A stretch of 64,000 nucleotides of DNA from an uncultured Clostridia bacterium (GTDB lineage: Bacteria > Bacillota > Clostridia > TANB77 > CAG-508), in NCBI GenBank assembly GCA_947625685.1, contig CANQPK010000019.1:5059-69058 (forward strand), read 5' to 3'. Below, piece by piece: positions 45,525-56,748 of the stretch (position 1 is the first letter of the stretch; each line of letters begins with the position of its first letter). Both the position numbers and the translations under genes were made by a program. Below the pieces are notes generated by a model, which had not been told where the DNA came from, made no database searches, and worked only from the letters and a program-made list of their open reading frames with translations.

Positions 45525-45657
45525 TTATTGTTTATTTTTTGGAGAAAAATATGCACAATTAGAACCTACTGTCATGGTTTTCGCAAAGATATTTTCAAAA
45601 GTACATTTTCCGATCCTTTTGATAAATACAATTAGCTGAACAATCTATGGTAGTCAA
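45525..45657 (-). CDS. Small Cys-rich protein (43 aa), visible only if the in-frame CGG at 45612 is read as a +1 shift
   Basis: Minus-strand reading is TTG-ACC...GAT [C]GGA AAA TGT..., giving MTTIDCSANCIYQKD-G-KCTFENIFAKTMTVGSNCAYFSPKNKQ. The four-Cys pattern resembles small conserved Clostridia proteins. Confidence 0.5.
45609..45612 (-). other. In-frame CGG +1 recoding site on the minus strand (CGGA)
   Basis: Small Cys-rich ORF: NCIYQKD-[c]GGA(G)-KCTFENIF. Confidence 0.5.
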
Positions 45658-45801
45658 GGTTGGTTCATCCCTTTCTAAATAATAAACTATGTATTTATAA
45701 TTATATAGTATAACTTAAAATATTTATGTTTATGCATAAATATTTTAAATATGTATGCATTACAAAAATATTAAGTTTCTATTACAAATTAATGATTTCA
45801 A

Positions 45802-45830
45802 TTGACCAAAGTAGAAATATGATGTAAAAT
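45802..45830 (+). promoter_or_regulatory. Sigma-A type promoter of surface cassette 2
   Basis: TTGACC, 17-nt spacer, TAAAAT. This is the paralog of 18069..18097, with shared upstream sequence ATTACAAATTAAT.ATTTCA. Confidence 0.65.
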
Positions 45831-45903
45831 AAATACAAATCTACTAATGATTTAAATCAACTTTTAAGATAAACAAAGATAAAGGCATGGAGGGAAACGA
45901 AAG

Positions 45904-46059
<156 letters not shown>

Positions 46060-46081
46060 AATAAAAAGGAGAGGAAAACAA

Positions 46082-46549
46082 ATGAAAGATTCAGAGAAGA
46101 AAATGATAGTAATATTACTAATAGTTTCAGTAGTAGTAATAGGAGTATTAATATTTGCAACAAGAAGAAATGGAGGAGAAGAAACAAACCAAGTAAATGA
46201 AACAGAAGGAGAGAAACCAGGAGAAGAATATGTAAATGAACTAGAAGATGGAACAAAACTAAACACAAGTGAAACATTGCATCAAGCAAAAGAAATAGAC
46301 GGATTAGAGATAACAGAAGTACAACTAACAGAGAAAGGAAATAAAACGCTATTATTAGGAAAAATAACAAACAAAGGAATAGCAGAAAAGACAGAAGTAA
46401 TAAAAATAACACTAATAAATAAAGAAGGGAAAGACATAACAACCCTATCAGTATATGTAGAAGGAATAAAACCAGGAGAAAGTAGAGATGTAATAGCAAG
46501 TACAACATTAGACTATGCAAATGCGTATGATTTCAAATTAAGTAAATAA
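46082..46549 (+). CDS. Small N-terminally anchored protein, cassette 2
   Basis: ATG follows an AAGGAGAGG RBS. Begins MKDSEKKMIVILLIVSVVVIGVLIF. It is a paralog of 18342..18857. Confidence 0.7.
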   Translation: MKDSEKKMIVILLIVSVVVIGVLIFATRRNGGEETNQVNETEGEKPGEEYVNELEDGTKLNTSETLHQAKEIDGLEITEVQLTEKGNKTLLLGKITNKGIAEKTEVIKITLINKEGKDITTLSVYVEGIKPGESRDVIASTTLDYANAYDFKLSK

Positions 46550-46572
46550 AACTCAAGAAGGAGAAAAAAGAA

Positions 46573-48885
46573 ATGAGTAAAGAAGAAAGAGGAATAACTC
46601 TAGTAGCACTAATAATAACAATAATAATACTAATAATACTAGCAGCCATAGGAATAAGAACAGTAATAGGAGACCATGGATTATTTCAAATGGCACAAGA
46701 TGCAGCAGAGAAGACAAGGATAGAAGGATATAGAGAAGAACTAGTAGAAATAGGAGCAGTGTTAGCAGAGGATCAAGTATTTGATGATTTAAAAGGAAGA
46801 GAATATCTAGAGAAATTCCAAGAAAAAGTAGAAGAATCAGAGAAATTCAAAAATAAGAGATCATCAGATATAATGGAAGGAGAAGACGGAGAAGAAGAGA
46901 AGCTAAGAATAGTAACACAAGAAGGATATGTATTTGATGTAACAGAAGACGAAGTAATATATGTAGGAAAGATGGGAGAGAAAGGACTAGAACCATTACC
47001 AAATATACAAGATGAAAGTATAGTAATAGATGCACAGCCAACAGATTGGACAAATGATAAAGTAATAATAAGTATAAAAATAAATGAAAACATGAAAGAA
47101 GAACTAAAAGGACTAATAATACAATACACAACAGATGAAACAGGAAAGACTGGATGGAAGAAATATGACGAAAATAATAAACCAGAAATGACAACAAACG
47201 GAACAATAATAGCAAGACTAAAAAATAGTATAGGAGAAGCATCAAAATACACAGCAACAGAAACAATAACGAACATAGATACAATAAAACCAAAAGATCC
47301 AGAAGTAACAATAACAGAAACGACATCAAATAGTATAAAGATAACAGCAAAAGCAAAAGATGAAGAAGCAAAAGCAGAAGAAGGAAAACCAGGAGAAGAA
47401 AGTGGAATAGCTAAGATAATATATGAAATAGAAGGAATAATAGGAGGAGAGCAAAAGACAGAAAGAAAAGAAATAGAAGTAGGAGAAATAGAAAAAGAGA
47501 GAGAAAAAGAAGAAGTAGTACAAGAATGTATATTTGAAGGACTAAATCAAAAGAATAGTTATAATGTTAAAGTAATAGCGATAGATAGAGCAAAGAATGA
47601 AAGTAAAGAAATAGTAAAAGAAGGAATAGAGACAGAGGAAATACCAGGAGGAAGCACAGAGGAAGAAGGAGGAGTAATACAATTTAATTATGATCCAGAC
47701 CCAAAAACGACACCATGGACAAATGGAAAAGTAAAAGTAATAATAACATCAGAATACACAAATAAAGGATATACACTAGAATGGACAAAAGAAACTCCAA
47801 CATCAACAACGATATGGAATGAATACAATAAAATACAACCAGAGATGGAAAGTAATGGAACAATATATGCAAGACTAAAAGATAGTAGAGGACAAACAGG
47901 GGCAACAGGAACAGGAAAAGTAACAAATATAGATACAGCAGAACCAACTAAGCCAAGCATAACAATAACAGGAACAACAACAAATAATAAGAATTATACA
48001 ACAGATATAGGAGTGACAATAGCACCAGGAGAAGAAACAGGCGAAGTACAATCAGGAATAAGTGGAACAACATATAGCATAACAGGAACAAAAGGATATA
48101 GTGATACAGGAACAATAACATCAGGAGAAAATAAGACAGCAACATTAACAGTGGCAGACACATATACAATAACAGCAACGACAAGAGATAATGCAGGAAA
48201 CACATCAACAGAAACAAAAACAGTAATAAGAGAGATAGCAATAAAAGATATAACGCTAGAGCCAACATCAGTAGCCCTAAATTTAACGACAAAAAAGACG
48301 GCACAATTAACAGCAACAATAGAACCAAGCAGTGCAGGAAATCAAGTATTAAAATGGGAGAGTAGTAACCCAGGAGTAGCAACAGTGACTCAAACAGGTT
48401 TAGTAACAGCAATAACTAATGGAACAACTTCTATAACTGTAAAATCACAAGATGGTAGCAATATAGAGAAAACATGCAATGTAATTGTGTCAGCTTGGAG
48501 AACTGCAACTACTCGTACAGAAAATACAGCAATTTTTGATGGAACAATTCCTGCCATGTTGAAGTTAGCTTCGGGAGGAACTGGCGTTCATGATGCGTCC
48601 TATTTATATTATGATGTCCCAACTAAAGTAGGGGATACTGTTGAAATTGATTTTTCATGGTATAGGAGTAGTGGTTCTTACTATTGTGATTTTTACATAA
48701 ACACTTATTTGTCAGAAACTATCTATTCGGCAACACACGCTAGTTCTAGAGGTACAAGAACATATAGAGTTCAAAATGCACGTAATTATTTAGAGCTTTA
48801 TATATCTAAAAATCCACAAAATTATTCCGGACCAGCAGAAGTATATATTTATTCAGTTAAATTAAATGGTGAAAAAATATTATAA
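46573..48885 (+). CDS. Large prepilin-like surface protein with Ig-like repeats and a Big_2 domain, cassette 2
   Basis: N-terminus is MSKEERG-ITLVALIITIIILIILAAIG. It shares the module GE(E/T)G..QSGI..TTYSITGT.G...TGTI.SG.........YTITATT.D.AGN with cassette 1. Big_2-like region is LEPTSVALNLTTKKTAQLTATIEPSSAGNQVLKWESSNPGVATV. Confidence 0.75.
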   Translation: MSKEERGITLVALIITIIILIILAAIGIRTVIGDHGLFQMAQDAAEKTRIEGYREELVEIGAVLAEDQVFDDLKGREYLEKFQEKVEESEKFKNKRSSDIMEGEDGEEEKLRIVTQEGYVFDVTEDEVIYVGKMGEKGLEPLPNIQDESIVIDAQPTDWTNDKVIISIKINENMKEELKGLIIQYTTDETGKTGWKKYDENNKPEMTTNGTIIARLKNSIGEASKYTATETITNIDTIKPKDPEVTITETTSNSIKITAKAKDEEAKAEEGKPGEESGIAKIIYEIEGIIGGEQKTERKEIEVGEIEKEREKEEVVQECIFEGLNQKNSYNVKVIAIDRAKNESKEIVKEGIETEEIPGGSTEEEGGVIQFNYDPDPKTTPWTNGKVKVIITSEYTNKGYTLEWTKETPTSTTIWNEYNKIQPEMESNGTIYARLKDSRGQTGATGTGKVTNIDTAEPTKPSITITGTTTNNKNYTTDIGVTIAPGEETGEVQSGISGTTYSITGTKGYSDTGTITSGENKTATLTVADTYTITATTRDNAGNTSTETKTVIREIAIKDITLEPTSVALNLTTKKTAQLTATIEPSSAGNQVLKWESSNPGVATVTQTGLVTAITNGTTSITVKSQDGSNIEKTCNVIVSAWRTATTRTENTAIFDGTIPAMLKLASGGTGVHDASYLYYDVPTKVGDTVEIDFSWYRSSGSYYCDFYINTYLSETIYSATHASSRGTRTYRVQNARNYLELYISKNPQNYSGPAEVYIYSVKLNGEKIL

Positions 48886-49002
48886 AGTTATCATTTTCCT
48901 TTCTAAATAAATATATTAATAAAAATCTCAAATTATTGTAATAAATAGTTTGAGGTTTTATATACTTAAATAAAGAATTAAACTAAAATATAACTTTTCA
49001 AT

Positions 49003-49037
49003 AAAATAACTAGTCTAAAAGACTAGTTATTTTATTG
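49003..49037 (+). terminator. Intrinsic terminator
   Basis: 13-bp perfect stem AAAATAACTAGTC / GACTAGTTATTTT followed by a T-rich tail. Confidence 0.7.
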
Positions 49038-49058
49038 ATTTTATGATAAAATTACCTC

Positions 49059-52000
49059 ATGAGTTTAAAAATAATATATGGAAAAGCAGGAAGTGGAAAA
49101 AGTACTTATCTATTTAAATATATAGGAAGTATTATAAATAATCCACAAAAAATATACATAGTAACACCAGAACAGTTCTCTTTTACAGCAGAAAGAAGGC
49201 TTTTAGAAGAAGTAAAGGGAGCTGCTATTAATGCTGAAGTTTTGACATTTAGCCGTATGGCATATAGAGTCATAAATGAGATAGGAAACAATCTTAAAAC
49301 AATAGAATCATTTGGAAAATCAATGTTAATATATGATTTATTAGAAAAATCAAAAAATAAATTAAATCTCTTAGGAAAAAGTATGCAAAATGTAGAAGTT
49401 ATTGGAAATGCATTAACAGAATTTAAGAAGCATAATATTACAGAAGAAAAACTTAAAGAACGGAGCAAATAATGTAGAAGATACATATTTAAAGATGAAA
49501 CTAGAAGATATGCAATATATATACAAACAATATGAGGACAGTATAAAAGATAAATTTTTAGATGAACAAAATGTTTTAACAATCCTAGCAGAAAACATAA
49601 AAAATACAGATATGTTTAATGATACAGTTATATGTATAGATGAGTTTGCAGGCTATACTCCACAGGAGTATAGTGTAATTGTCGAACTTATGAAAGTTGC
49701 AAAAGAAGTCAATGTAGCAATATGTGCAGATGATTTAGAAAACACTGAAAATACAAATCAAGAAACAGATATATTTTATAACAACAAAGTTGCAATTAAT
49801 AAACTTATAAATTTAGCAGTTTTAAATAATGTAGAAGTAACAAAACCAGTTTACTTAAGTGAAAATATAAGACTAAAAAATGATGAACTTATACATCTAG
49901 AACAAAATATATATGCAAATATATACAAAAAATATAATAAAGAAAATAGAAATATAAAACTATTTTTAGCAAATAATCCATATTCTGAAGTTGAATATGT
50001 TGCAAGCAAAATTACAGAAGAAGTCAGAGAAAACAATTACCGCTACAAAGATATAGGAATCATTACAAAAGATTTGAACTTATATTCATCTTTAATAAGA
50101 GCGATTTTCTCAAAATATGATATACCAGTATATATAGATGAAAAGAAGGACTTAAGCCAAAATATACTTATAAAATATATAATAAGTTTATTAGATGTTT
50201 TTGCAAAAAATTGGTCATATGATAGTGTTATATCATATGTAAAAACTGGATTTTGCGATATAGATAAAAATGATTTATATATATTTGAGAACTACTGTAA
50301 AAAATGGGGGATAAAATACAGCAAATGGTATAAAGAAGATTGGAATTTTGGAGATGAAGATAAAGAGTATATAAATAGCTTAAGAAATAAAGTAGTAGGT
50401 CCACTTTTGGAATTTAAAGAAAAATGTTATAAGAATGAGACGGGAGAAAATATAACAAAAGCAATATATGAATTTTTAATAGAAAATGAAATTGACAAAA
50501 AGCTTAAAATTAAAGCAGAAAAATTAAAAAATGAAAATGCAGAGCTAGATGCTGAATATGAAGCAAGCTTTAATACAGTAATAAAAATTTTAGATGAAAT
50601 TGTAAAAATATTTGGAAAAGAAAAAATAAGCTTTGAAAAATATATAGAGTTCTTAAAAATATCCTTTTCAGAAAATGAACTTGGAAAAATTCCTGCTGGA
50701 ATGGATCAAGTTACAGTCGGAGATGTAGACAGATCAAAAAGCCATAGTGTAAAAATAATTTTTATTATAGGATTGAATGACGGAAATTTCCCAAGTGTAA
50801 ATAATAACGAAGGATTCTTCAATGATTCCGACAGAGAAACTCTAAAAAATATAAATATAGAACTTGCTAAAACAACTTATGAAGCATTGTATAATGATAA
50901 TTTTAATATATATAAAGCCTTTACAACTAGTGAAGAAAAGCTATATTTATCATATATATCTACTGATAATGAAGGGACTCCAAAAAAGCCATCAACTCTT
51001 TTACTAAAAATAAAAAAAATATTTCCAAACTTGCAAGAAACAAGTGATATAATAACAAGACCAGATATTATAGCAAACAAAAAGATAACTTTTGATGAAT
51101 TACTATTAAATATAAGAAATTATCGAGATGGAAAAGATATAAATCCTATTTGGTTTGAAATATATGAAATATTTAAAAATGATGAAGAATGGAGTAAAAA
51201 ACTAGAAACAGCAATAAAAGCATTAGATTTTTCAAATATTCCAGAAAATATAAATAAAGAAAATGTACAAAAACTATATGGAAACACCTTAAAAACAAGT
51301 ATATCAAGACTTGAAGCATATAAATCTTGTCCATTCTCATTTTACTTAAAATATGGATTAAAGGTAAATGAGCAAGATACTTTTAAAATACAAAGCTTAG
51401 ATACAGGAAGCTTTATGCATGATGTTATAGATACATTTTTTGAGAGAATAAAAGATTTAAATTTAAATATACGAGACATAGAAGAAGCTAAAATAAAAGA
51501 AATTATAAATGAAATAATAGACGAAAAATTAAGTCTTCCTAAAAATTATATTTTCACGAGTTCAGCAAAATTTAAGAGCCAAACAGTTAAATTAAAAAGA
51601 CTTATTTTAAAAGCTATGAAATATTTGATAAGAACAATAACCCAAAGTGATTTTGAAGTTTTTGGAAACGAGGTTGAATTTGGAGAAAATAAAAAATATC
51701 CTCCAATACAAATAGAACTAGATAATGGAAAAAAGGTAGAAATAACTGGAAAAATAGATAGAATAGATATTGCAGAAGATGATGGAAAGAAATATTTAAG
51801 AGTAATCGATTATAAATCTTCTATAAAAGATATAGATTTTACTGATGTAGTATATGGTCTGCAGCTTCAGCTTTTAACTTATCTAGATGCAGTATCTAAA
51901 GCAGAGAATATTGAACCAGCAGGGGTACTATATTTTAGCTTAATAGAGCCAATAATTACTGCAGGGAAAGATAAAACAGAAGAAGAACTAGAAGATGCAA

Positions 52001-52392
52001 TAAAGAAAAACTTTAAAATGAATGGTTTAGTTTTAGCAGATGTAAAGGTTGTAAAAATGATGGATAAATCATTAGAAAAAGGCTATTCTAACATAATTCC
52101 AGTATATGTTGGTGAAAATGGAATAAGCGAAAAGCTATCATCAGCTGTTTCAAAGGAACAATTTGAATTATTGCAGAAATATATTGTAAAAACTATAAAG
52201 GATATATCAAAAGAAATATTAAGCGGAAATATTGATATAAAACCATATTATAAAAATAAACAAACATATTGTGAATATTGCACATACAAAGCAATTTGTG
52301 GATTTGATAAAAATAAATTAGGCAATGACTATAATTATATTTCGAAAATCGACAAAGAAACAGCATTTGAAAAAATAGCACAAGATAATTAG
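49059..52392 (+). CDS. addB: ATP-dependent helicase/nuclease subunit B (AddB/RexB); one +1 shift at CGG 49461
   Basis: Contains P-loop GKAGSGKST and C-terminal nuclease/Fe-S motifs (DYKS, CEYCTYKAICGFD). ORFs 49059..49472 and 49495..52392 join as EEKLKE-G-ANNVEDTYLKMKLEDM. Confidence 0.85.
49461..49464 (+). other. In-frame CGG +1 recoding site (CGGA)
   Basis: addB: EEKLKE-[c]GGA(G)-ANNVEDTYLKMKLEDM. This is the only in-frame CGG inside the permitted shift window 49396..49469. Confidence 0.75.
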
Positions 52393-52405
52393 GGAGAGTG
52401 TATAA

Positions 52406-53780
52406 ATGAAAACAATAGGAATTACAGGAATCTCAGGGGCAGGAAAAACTACAATTTCAGATCAAATATGCAAATTAAAAAATGCAAAGCATATAAATGC
52501 AGATAAAATTGCAAGAGATTTAACCAAAAGAGGCACTAAATACTATAACGACATTATAGAAGAATTTGGAAAAGAGATATTAAAAGAAAATCAAGAAATA
52601 GATAGAAAGAAATTAGCTAATATAGTTTTTTCTGATGAAAAAGAAAAAGAAAGGCTTGATAAAATTACTTATAAATATACTGTGCCTGCAATAAAGCAGG
52701 AAATAAAAAAAGCAGATAGTGATATAGTTATAATTGATGCACCTTTGCTATTTGAAGCAGGATTAAATAAAATATGTGATATAACTATTGGAGTTATTGC
52801 TGAAAAAGAAACTTGCATAAAAAGAGTAATGAGGAGAGATGGAATTAATGAAAAGTCAGCATATGACAGAATAAGTAGTCAAAAGAATCCTACTTTTTTT
52901 AAGATAAATTGCAGTTATTGTGTATATAATGAAGATAATAGTGATATCAAGACACAAATAGTTGATATTTTAGAAGGAAGGAATTTATCTAACAAGAATG
53001 TAATTCATGTGTATGATAATGGATTTGAATATTTACAGTTTAGGGAATTTCTAAAATATGAAGATAAAATAAAACATTGCTATACATTAAAACCACTAGA
53101 TTTCGGAAAATTTCAAATTAGAAAAAATGAAGTACTGGATTCATATAAAAAAGTATGTAAATCCTTAAAATTAGATGAAAAAAATATCTATAAACCTTTA
53201 CAATCTCATACAAATGTAGTAAAAAGTGTTGATTATGAGGATCCAGGAATTCATAAGGATAATTTTAAAAATATAGATGGATTTGTAACTAACAAAAAAG
53301 ATAAAATTTTAGCGTTGACTTTTGCAGATTGCAATTGCTTATATCTTTACGACCCAGTAAAAAATGTCATAGGAAATATACATGCTGGGTGGAGAGGAAC
53401 ACATAAAGAAATTGCAAGAGAGGCTATAAAGGTAATAAAAGAAGAATATGAAACAGAACCTAAAGATCTAATTTGCATTATGGCACCAAGTATAAAAAAA
53501 TGTTGTTTTGAGGTAGATGAAGATGTAAAAGATATGTTTTATGATAAATTTCAATATACTCGGAAGGATAAATGAAATAATACAAAAATCAGATACCTCT
53601 GATAAATACTATATAGACACTCAATTAATAAATAGGATAATTCTTATAGAAGAGGGATTACTTCCAGAAAATATAATTGAGAGTGAAATCTGTACTAAAT
53701 GTCATTCAGATAAACTTCATTCTTTTAGAGCAGAAGGAAATACAGTTGGAAGAAATACAAGCATGTTATGCTTAGTTTAA
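52406..53780 (+). CDS. coaE: Fusion: dephospho-CoA kinase (N) + YfiH/LACC1-type laccase-domain protein (C); one +1 shift at CGG 53561
   Basis: The CoaE part has P-loop GITGISGAGKTT. The YfiH part has FADCNCLYLYDP...NIHAGWRGT, and after the shift ...CTKCHSDKLHSFRAEGNTVGRN. No stop separates the two halves. Confidence 0.8.
53561..53564 (+). other. In-frame CGG +1 recoding site (CGGA)
   Basis: coaE-yfiH: YDKFQYT-[c]GGA(G)-RINEIIQKSD. Confidence 0.8.
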
Positions 53781-53831
53781 GATTTGAATAACTATACATG
53801 TGTTTTATTTAACAAGAAGGAGTGAAAATAA

Positions 53832-54763
53832 ATGAAACCTAGCGCTTTAAAAATTGGTGATACCATTCGGAGTTATTGCACCATCTGATCCAATTACTGA
53901 AAAAAATAAAGAAGAATTAATGCAAGCTAAAAAGATAGTAGAGAAAAGCGGATTTAAAGTAAAATTTTCAAAAAACATTTTTTCTAATAGAAATGAGTAT
54001 AGTAATAGCGCACGAGAAAAAGCAGAAGATATCAATGAAATGTTTGAAGATAAAGATGTAAAAATGATATGGTGTGCTAAGCGGTGGAAATAACTCTAAC
54101 AATACATTTGATTATATAGATTATGAATTAATCAAAAAGAATCCAAAAATAATATGTGGATTTAGTGATATAACTTCGATTACTAATGTAATTACACTAA
54201 AAACAGGGCTTGTAACTTTCAGTGGGACAAATTTTAAGACGATAGCAACAGATGAAACAGATTATAGTTACAAAGAGGCTATAAAAAGATTTGTAAATGG
54301 AAATTTAGAACTTGGAACAGATGCAGACGAATATTTGGTATTACAAGAAGGAACTGCAGAAGGTGAACTAATTGGTGGGAATCTATGCTTAATGCATGAG
54401 TTTGCAGCAGGGAAATATAAAGCGGATTTTAAAAACAAGATATTATTTTTGGAAGAATTGGGAGACGAAACAATACCAGCAGCTGCAAGCAACTTTATAG
54501 CATTTATGAAGCAAAACAATGTATTTGATGAGATAATTGGACTTTGGGTTGGAAATTATCAGCATGAAAGTGGAATTTCTTTAGAAAAAATTATTTCAGA
54601 TGTATTAGAGCTTCCAAATAAAAGATATAATTTCCCTATAATTAAATCAAATAATTTTGGACATATTGATACAAAAACAGTTATACCTATTGGAACAAAA
54701 GCTAAAATAGATACAAAAAGCAAGCAAAAAATAGAATTAATAGAAAATTGTATAGTTAAGTGA
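53832..54763 (+). CDS. LD-carboxypeptidase (peptidase S66, LdcA/MccF-like); two +1 shifts at CGG 53868 and 54082
   Basis: Joins are MKPSALKIGDTI-G-VIAPSDPI and KMIWCAK-G-GNNSNNTFDYID. The nucleophile motif GFSDITS is present. Confidence 0.85.
53868..53871 (+). other. In-frame CGG +1 recoding site (CGGA)
   Basis: ldcA-like: LKIGDTI-[c]GGA(G)-VIAPSDPIT. Confidence 0.88.
54082..54085 (+). other. In-frame CGG +1 recoding site (CGGT)
   Basis: ldcA-like: KMIWCAK-[c]GGT(G)-GNNSNNTFDYID. Confidence 0.88.
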
Positions 54764-54789
54764 TATTATCTATAGAAAGGAACATAGCT

Positions 54790-55344
54790 ATGGCAAATAG
54801 TTTAGACGAACTAAAAAAAGAAATAGATGGATGCAAAAAATGTAGATTATGTGAGGAAAGAAAAAATATTGTATTTGGAGTGGGAAACCCAAACGCTGAT
54901 TTAATGTTTATAGGCGAAGGACCAGGAGCAGACGAGGACGAGCAAGGAAAACCTTTTGTTGGAAAAGCTGGACAACTTATGGACAAAGCTTTTGACGGAG
55001 TAGGCATCAAAAGAGAAGACGTATACATAGCAAATATTGTAAAATGTAGGCCACCAAACAATAGAGATCCTCAAGATGATGAAGCAAGTACATGTATGGA
55101 TTATCTAAAAGAACAAATTAATTTAGTAAAACCTAAAATAATAGTGTTATTAGGAAGAATTGCATTAAACAATATACTTGGAAAAGAATATGGTATAACA
55201 AAAGACAGGGGAAGATGGATAGAAAAAGAAGGAATGCTTTATATGCCAGTTTGGCATCCAGCAGCACTTCTTAGAGACGAAAGCAAAAAAATAGATTTTT
55301 GGAAAGACTTAAAGACAGTAAAGCAGAAACTACAAACAATTTAA
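54790..55344 (+). CDS. udg: Uracil-DNA glycosylase, family 4
   Basis: Contains CKKCRLCEERKNIVFGVGNPNADLMFIGEGPGADED and NIVKCRPPNNRDP. Confidence 0.85.
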   Translation: MANSLDELKKEIDGCKKCRLCEERKNIVFGVGNPNADLMFIGEGPGADEDEQGKPFVGKAGQLMDKAFDGVGIKREDVYIANIVKCRPPNNRDPQDDEASTCMDYLKEQINLVKPKIIVLLGRIALNNILGKEYGITKDRGRWIEKEGMLYMPVWHPAALLRDESKKIDFWKDLKTVKQKLQTI

Positions 55345-55412
55345 TATTAATTATATAAAGCAAATAAAATTAATATAATTGACAACTACTATTGATTACT
55401 TAATGATTAAAT

Positions 55413-56680
55413 ATGGAGAGATATAAAATGGAAAAAGAAGAAATACAAAAAATAGCAAGTAGATGTTTAAGTTGTAAGACAAAACCTTGCAGAAAAGGTT
55501 GTCCTCTTACAAACGACATAACAGAATTTATAAAATGCATAAAAGAAGAAAAATATAGAGAGGCATATGAGATTTTGCTTGATACAACCATTCTTCAACC
55601 TATATGTGGAAGGATTTGTCCACACAAAAAACAATGCCAGGGTGCTTGTATAAGAGGAATAAAAGGAGAAGCGGTTGATATTGGAACACTTGAAACATTT
55701 ATAGGAGATATGGCAATAGAAAATAACTGGCCAATTAAAAAAATATATAAGGAGTATAGAAATAAAAAAATCGCTATAATAGGAGGAGGACCAGCAGGAA
55801 TAACAGCTAGCGCATATCTTGCAAGAAGAGGATTTTCAGTAAAAATATTTGAAAAACATAGTAAAATAGGAGGACTTCTTGTACATGGAATACCTGATTT
55901 TAGACTTCCAAGAAAAGTAATAAAAGAAACAATGCAAAAAGTAATAGATTTAGGTATAGAAATAAGTACAAATCAAGAATTAGGAGTAAATCTTAAATTA
56001 GAAGATTTAGAAAAAGAATATGATGCGATTTTACTTTGTTTTGGTGCAAATATTTCTTCAAAAATGAATATAGAAGGAGAAAATTTAGATCGGTGTATAT
56101 GGAGGAAATGAATTACTAGAAAATCAGAATTATCCAGATTTTGAAGGAAAGAAAGTTGCAGTAATAGGTCGGAGGAAATACAGCAATGGATGTTGCAAGA
56201 ACAGTTAATAACAAAAAGGCTGAAAAAGTATATGTAATATATAGAAGAGCAAGAGCTCAAATGCCAGCAGAAAAGGAAGAAATAGATTCGGCTATAAATG
56301 AAGGAGTTGAATTTTTATTTCAGAATAATGTATTAAAAATATTAGGAAAAGATAAAGTAGAAAAGCTAGAATGCATAAAAACAGAATTAGTTAAAGTAGA
56401 AGGAGAGAGGGAAAAACCAGTAAACATAGAAGGAAGCAATTACTTAATAGATATGGATTATGTAATAATGGCTCTTGGATCAAAACCAGAAAATAAAGTT
56501 ATAGAACAATTAAATCTTGAAAGAACAAAAAAAGGATATATTAAGGTTGATGAAAATCAAATGACATCAAGAGAAAAAGTATTTGCAGCAGGGGATTTAA
56601 TTGAAGTAAAATCAACAGTTGCTTGGGCAGCAAGGTCTGGTAGAGATGCAGCGGAAAAGATTGCAGAATATTTGAAATGA
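55413..56680 (+). CDS. GltD-like NAD(P)H-dependent FeS/FAD oxidoreductase (glutamate synthase small-chain family); two +1 shifts at CGG 56091 and 56170
   Basis: It has an N-terminal Cys cluster and FAD site IIGGGPAGITASAY. The second dinucleotide site is restored as KKVAVIG-G-GNTAMDVARTV. Confidence 0.85.
56091..56094 (+). other. In-frame CGG +1 recoding site (CGGT)
   Basis: gltD-like: EGENLD-[c]GGT(G)-VYGGNELLEN. Confidence 0.85.
56170..56173 (+). other. In-frame CGG +1 recoding site (CGGA)
   Basis: gltD-like: KKVAVIG-[c]GGA(G)-GNTAMDVARTV. Confidence 0.92.
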
Positions 56681-56697
56681 CAAAGATAATAGTAAAT

Positions 56698-56747
56698 AAA
56701 AAAGAAGGATATTAATTTAATATTAATTTAATATCCTTCTTTTTTAT
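56698..56747. terminator. Bidirectional intrinsic terminator
   Basis: Stem AAGAAGGATATTAA / TTAATATCCTTCTT is flanked by A-run and T-run, between convergent genes. Confidence 0.8.
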
Positions 56748-56748
56748 A

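Noticed and set aside
52393-52406. addB is not followed by addA, unlike the usual addBA operon order.
   Set aside because: This is a gene-order variation that cannot be evaluated within this window. addA may lie elsewhere. It is not evidence of anything unusual by itself.
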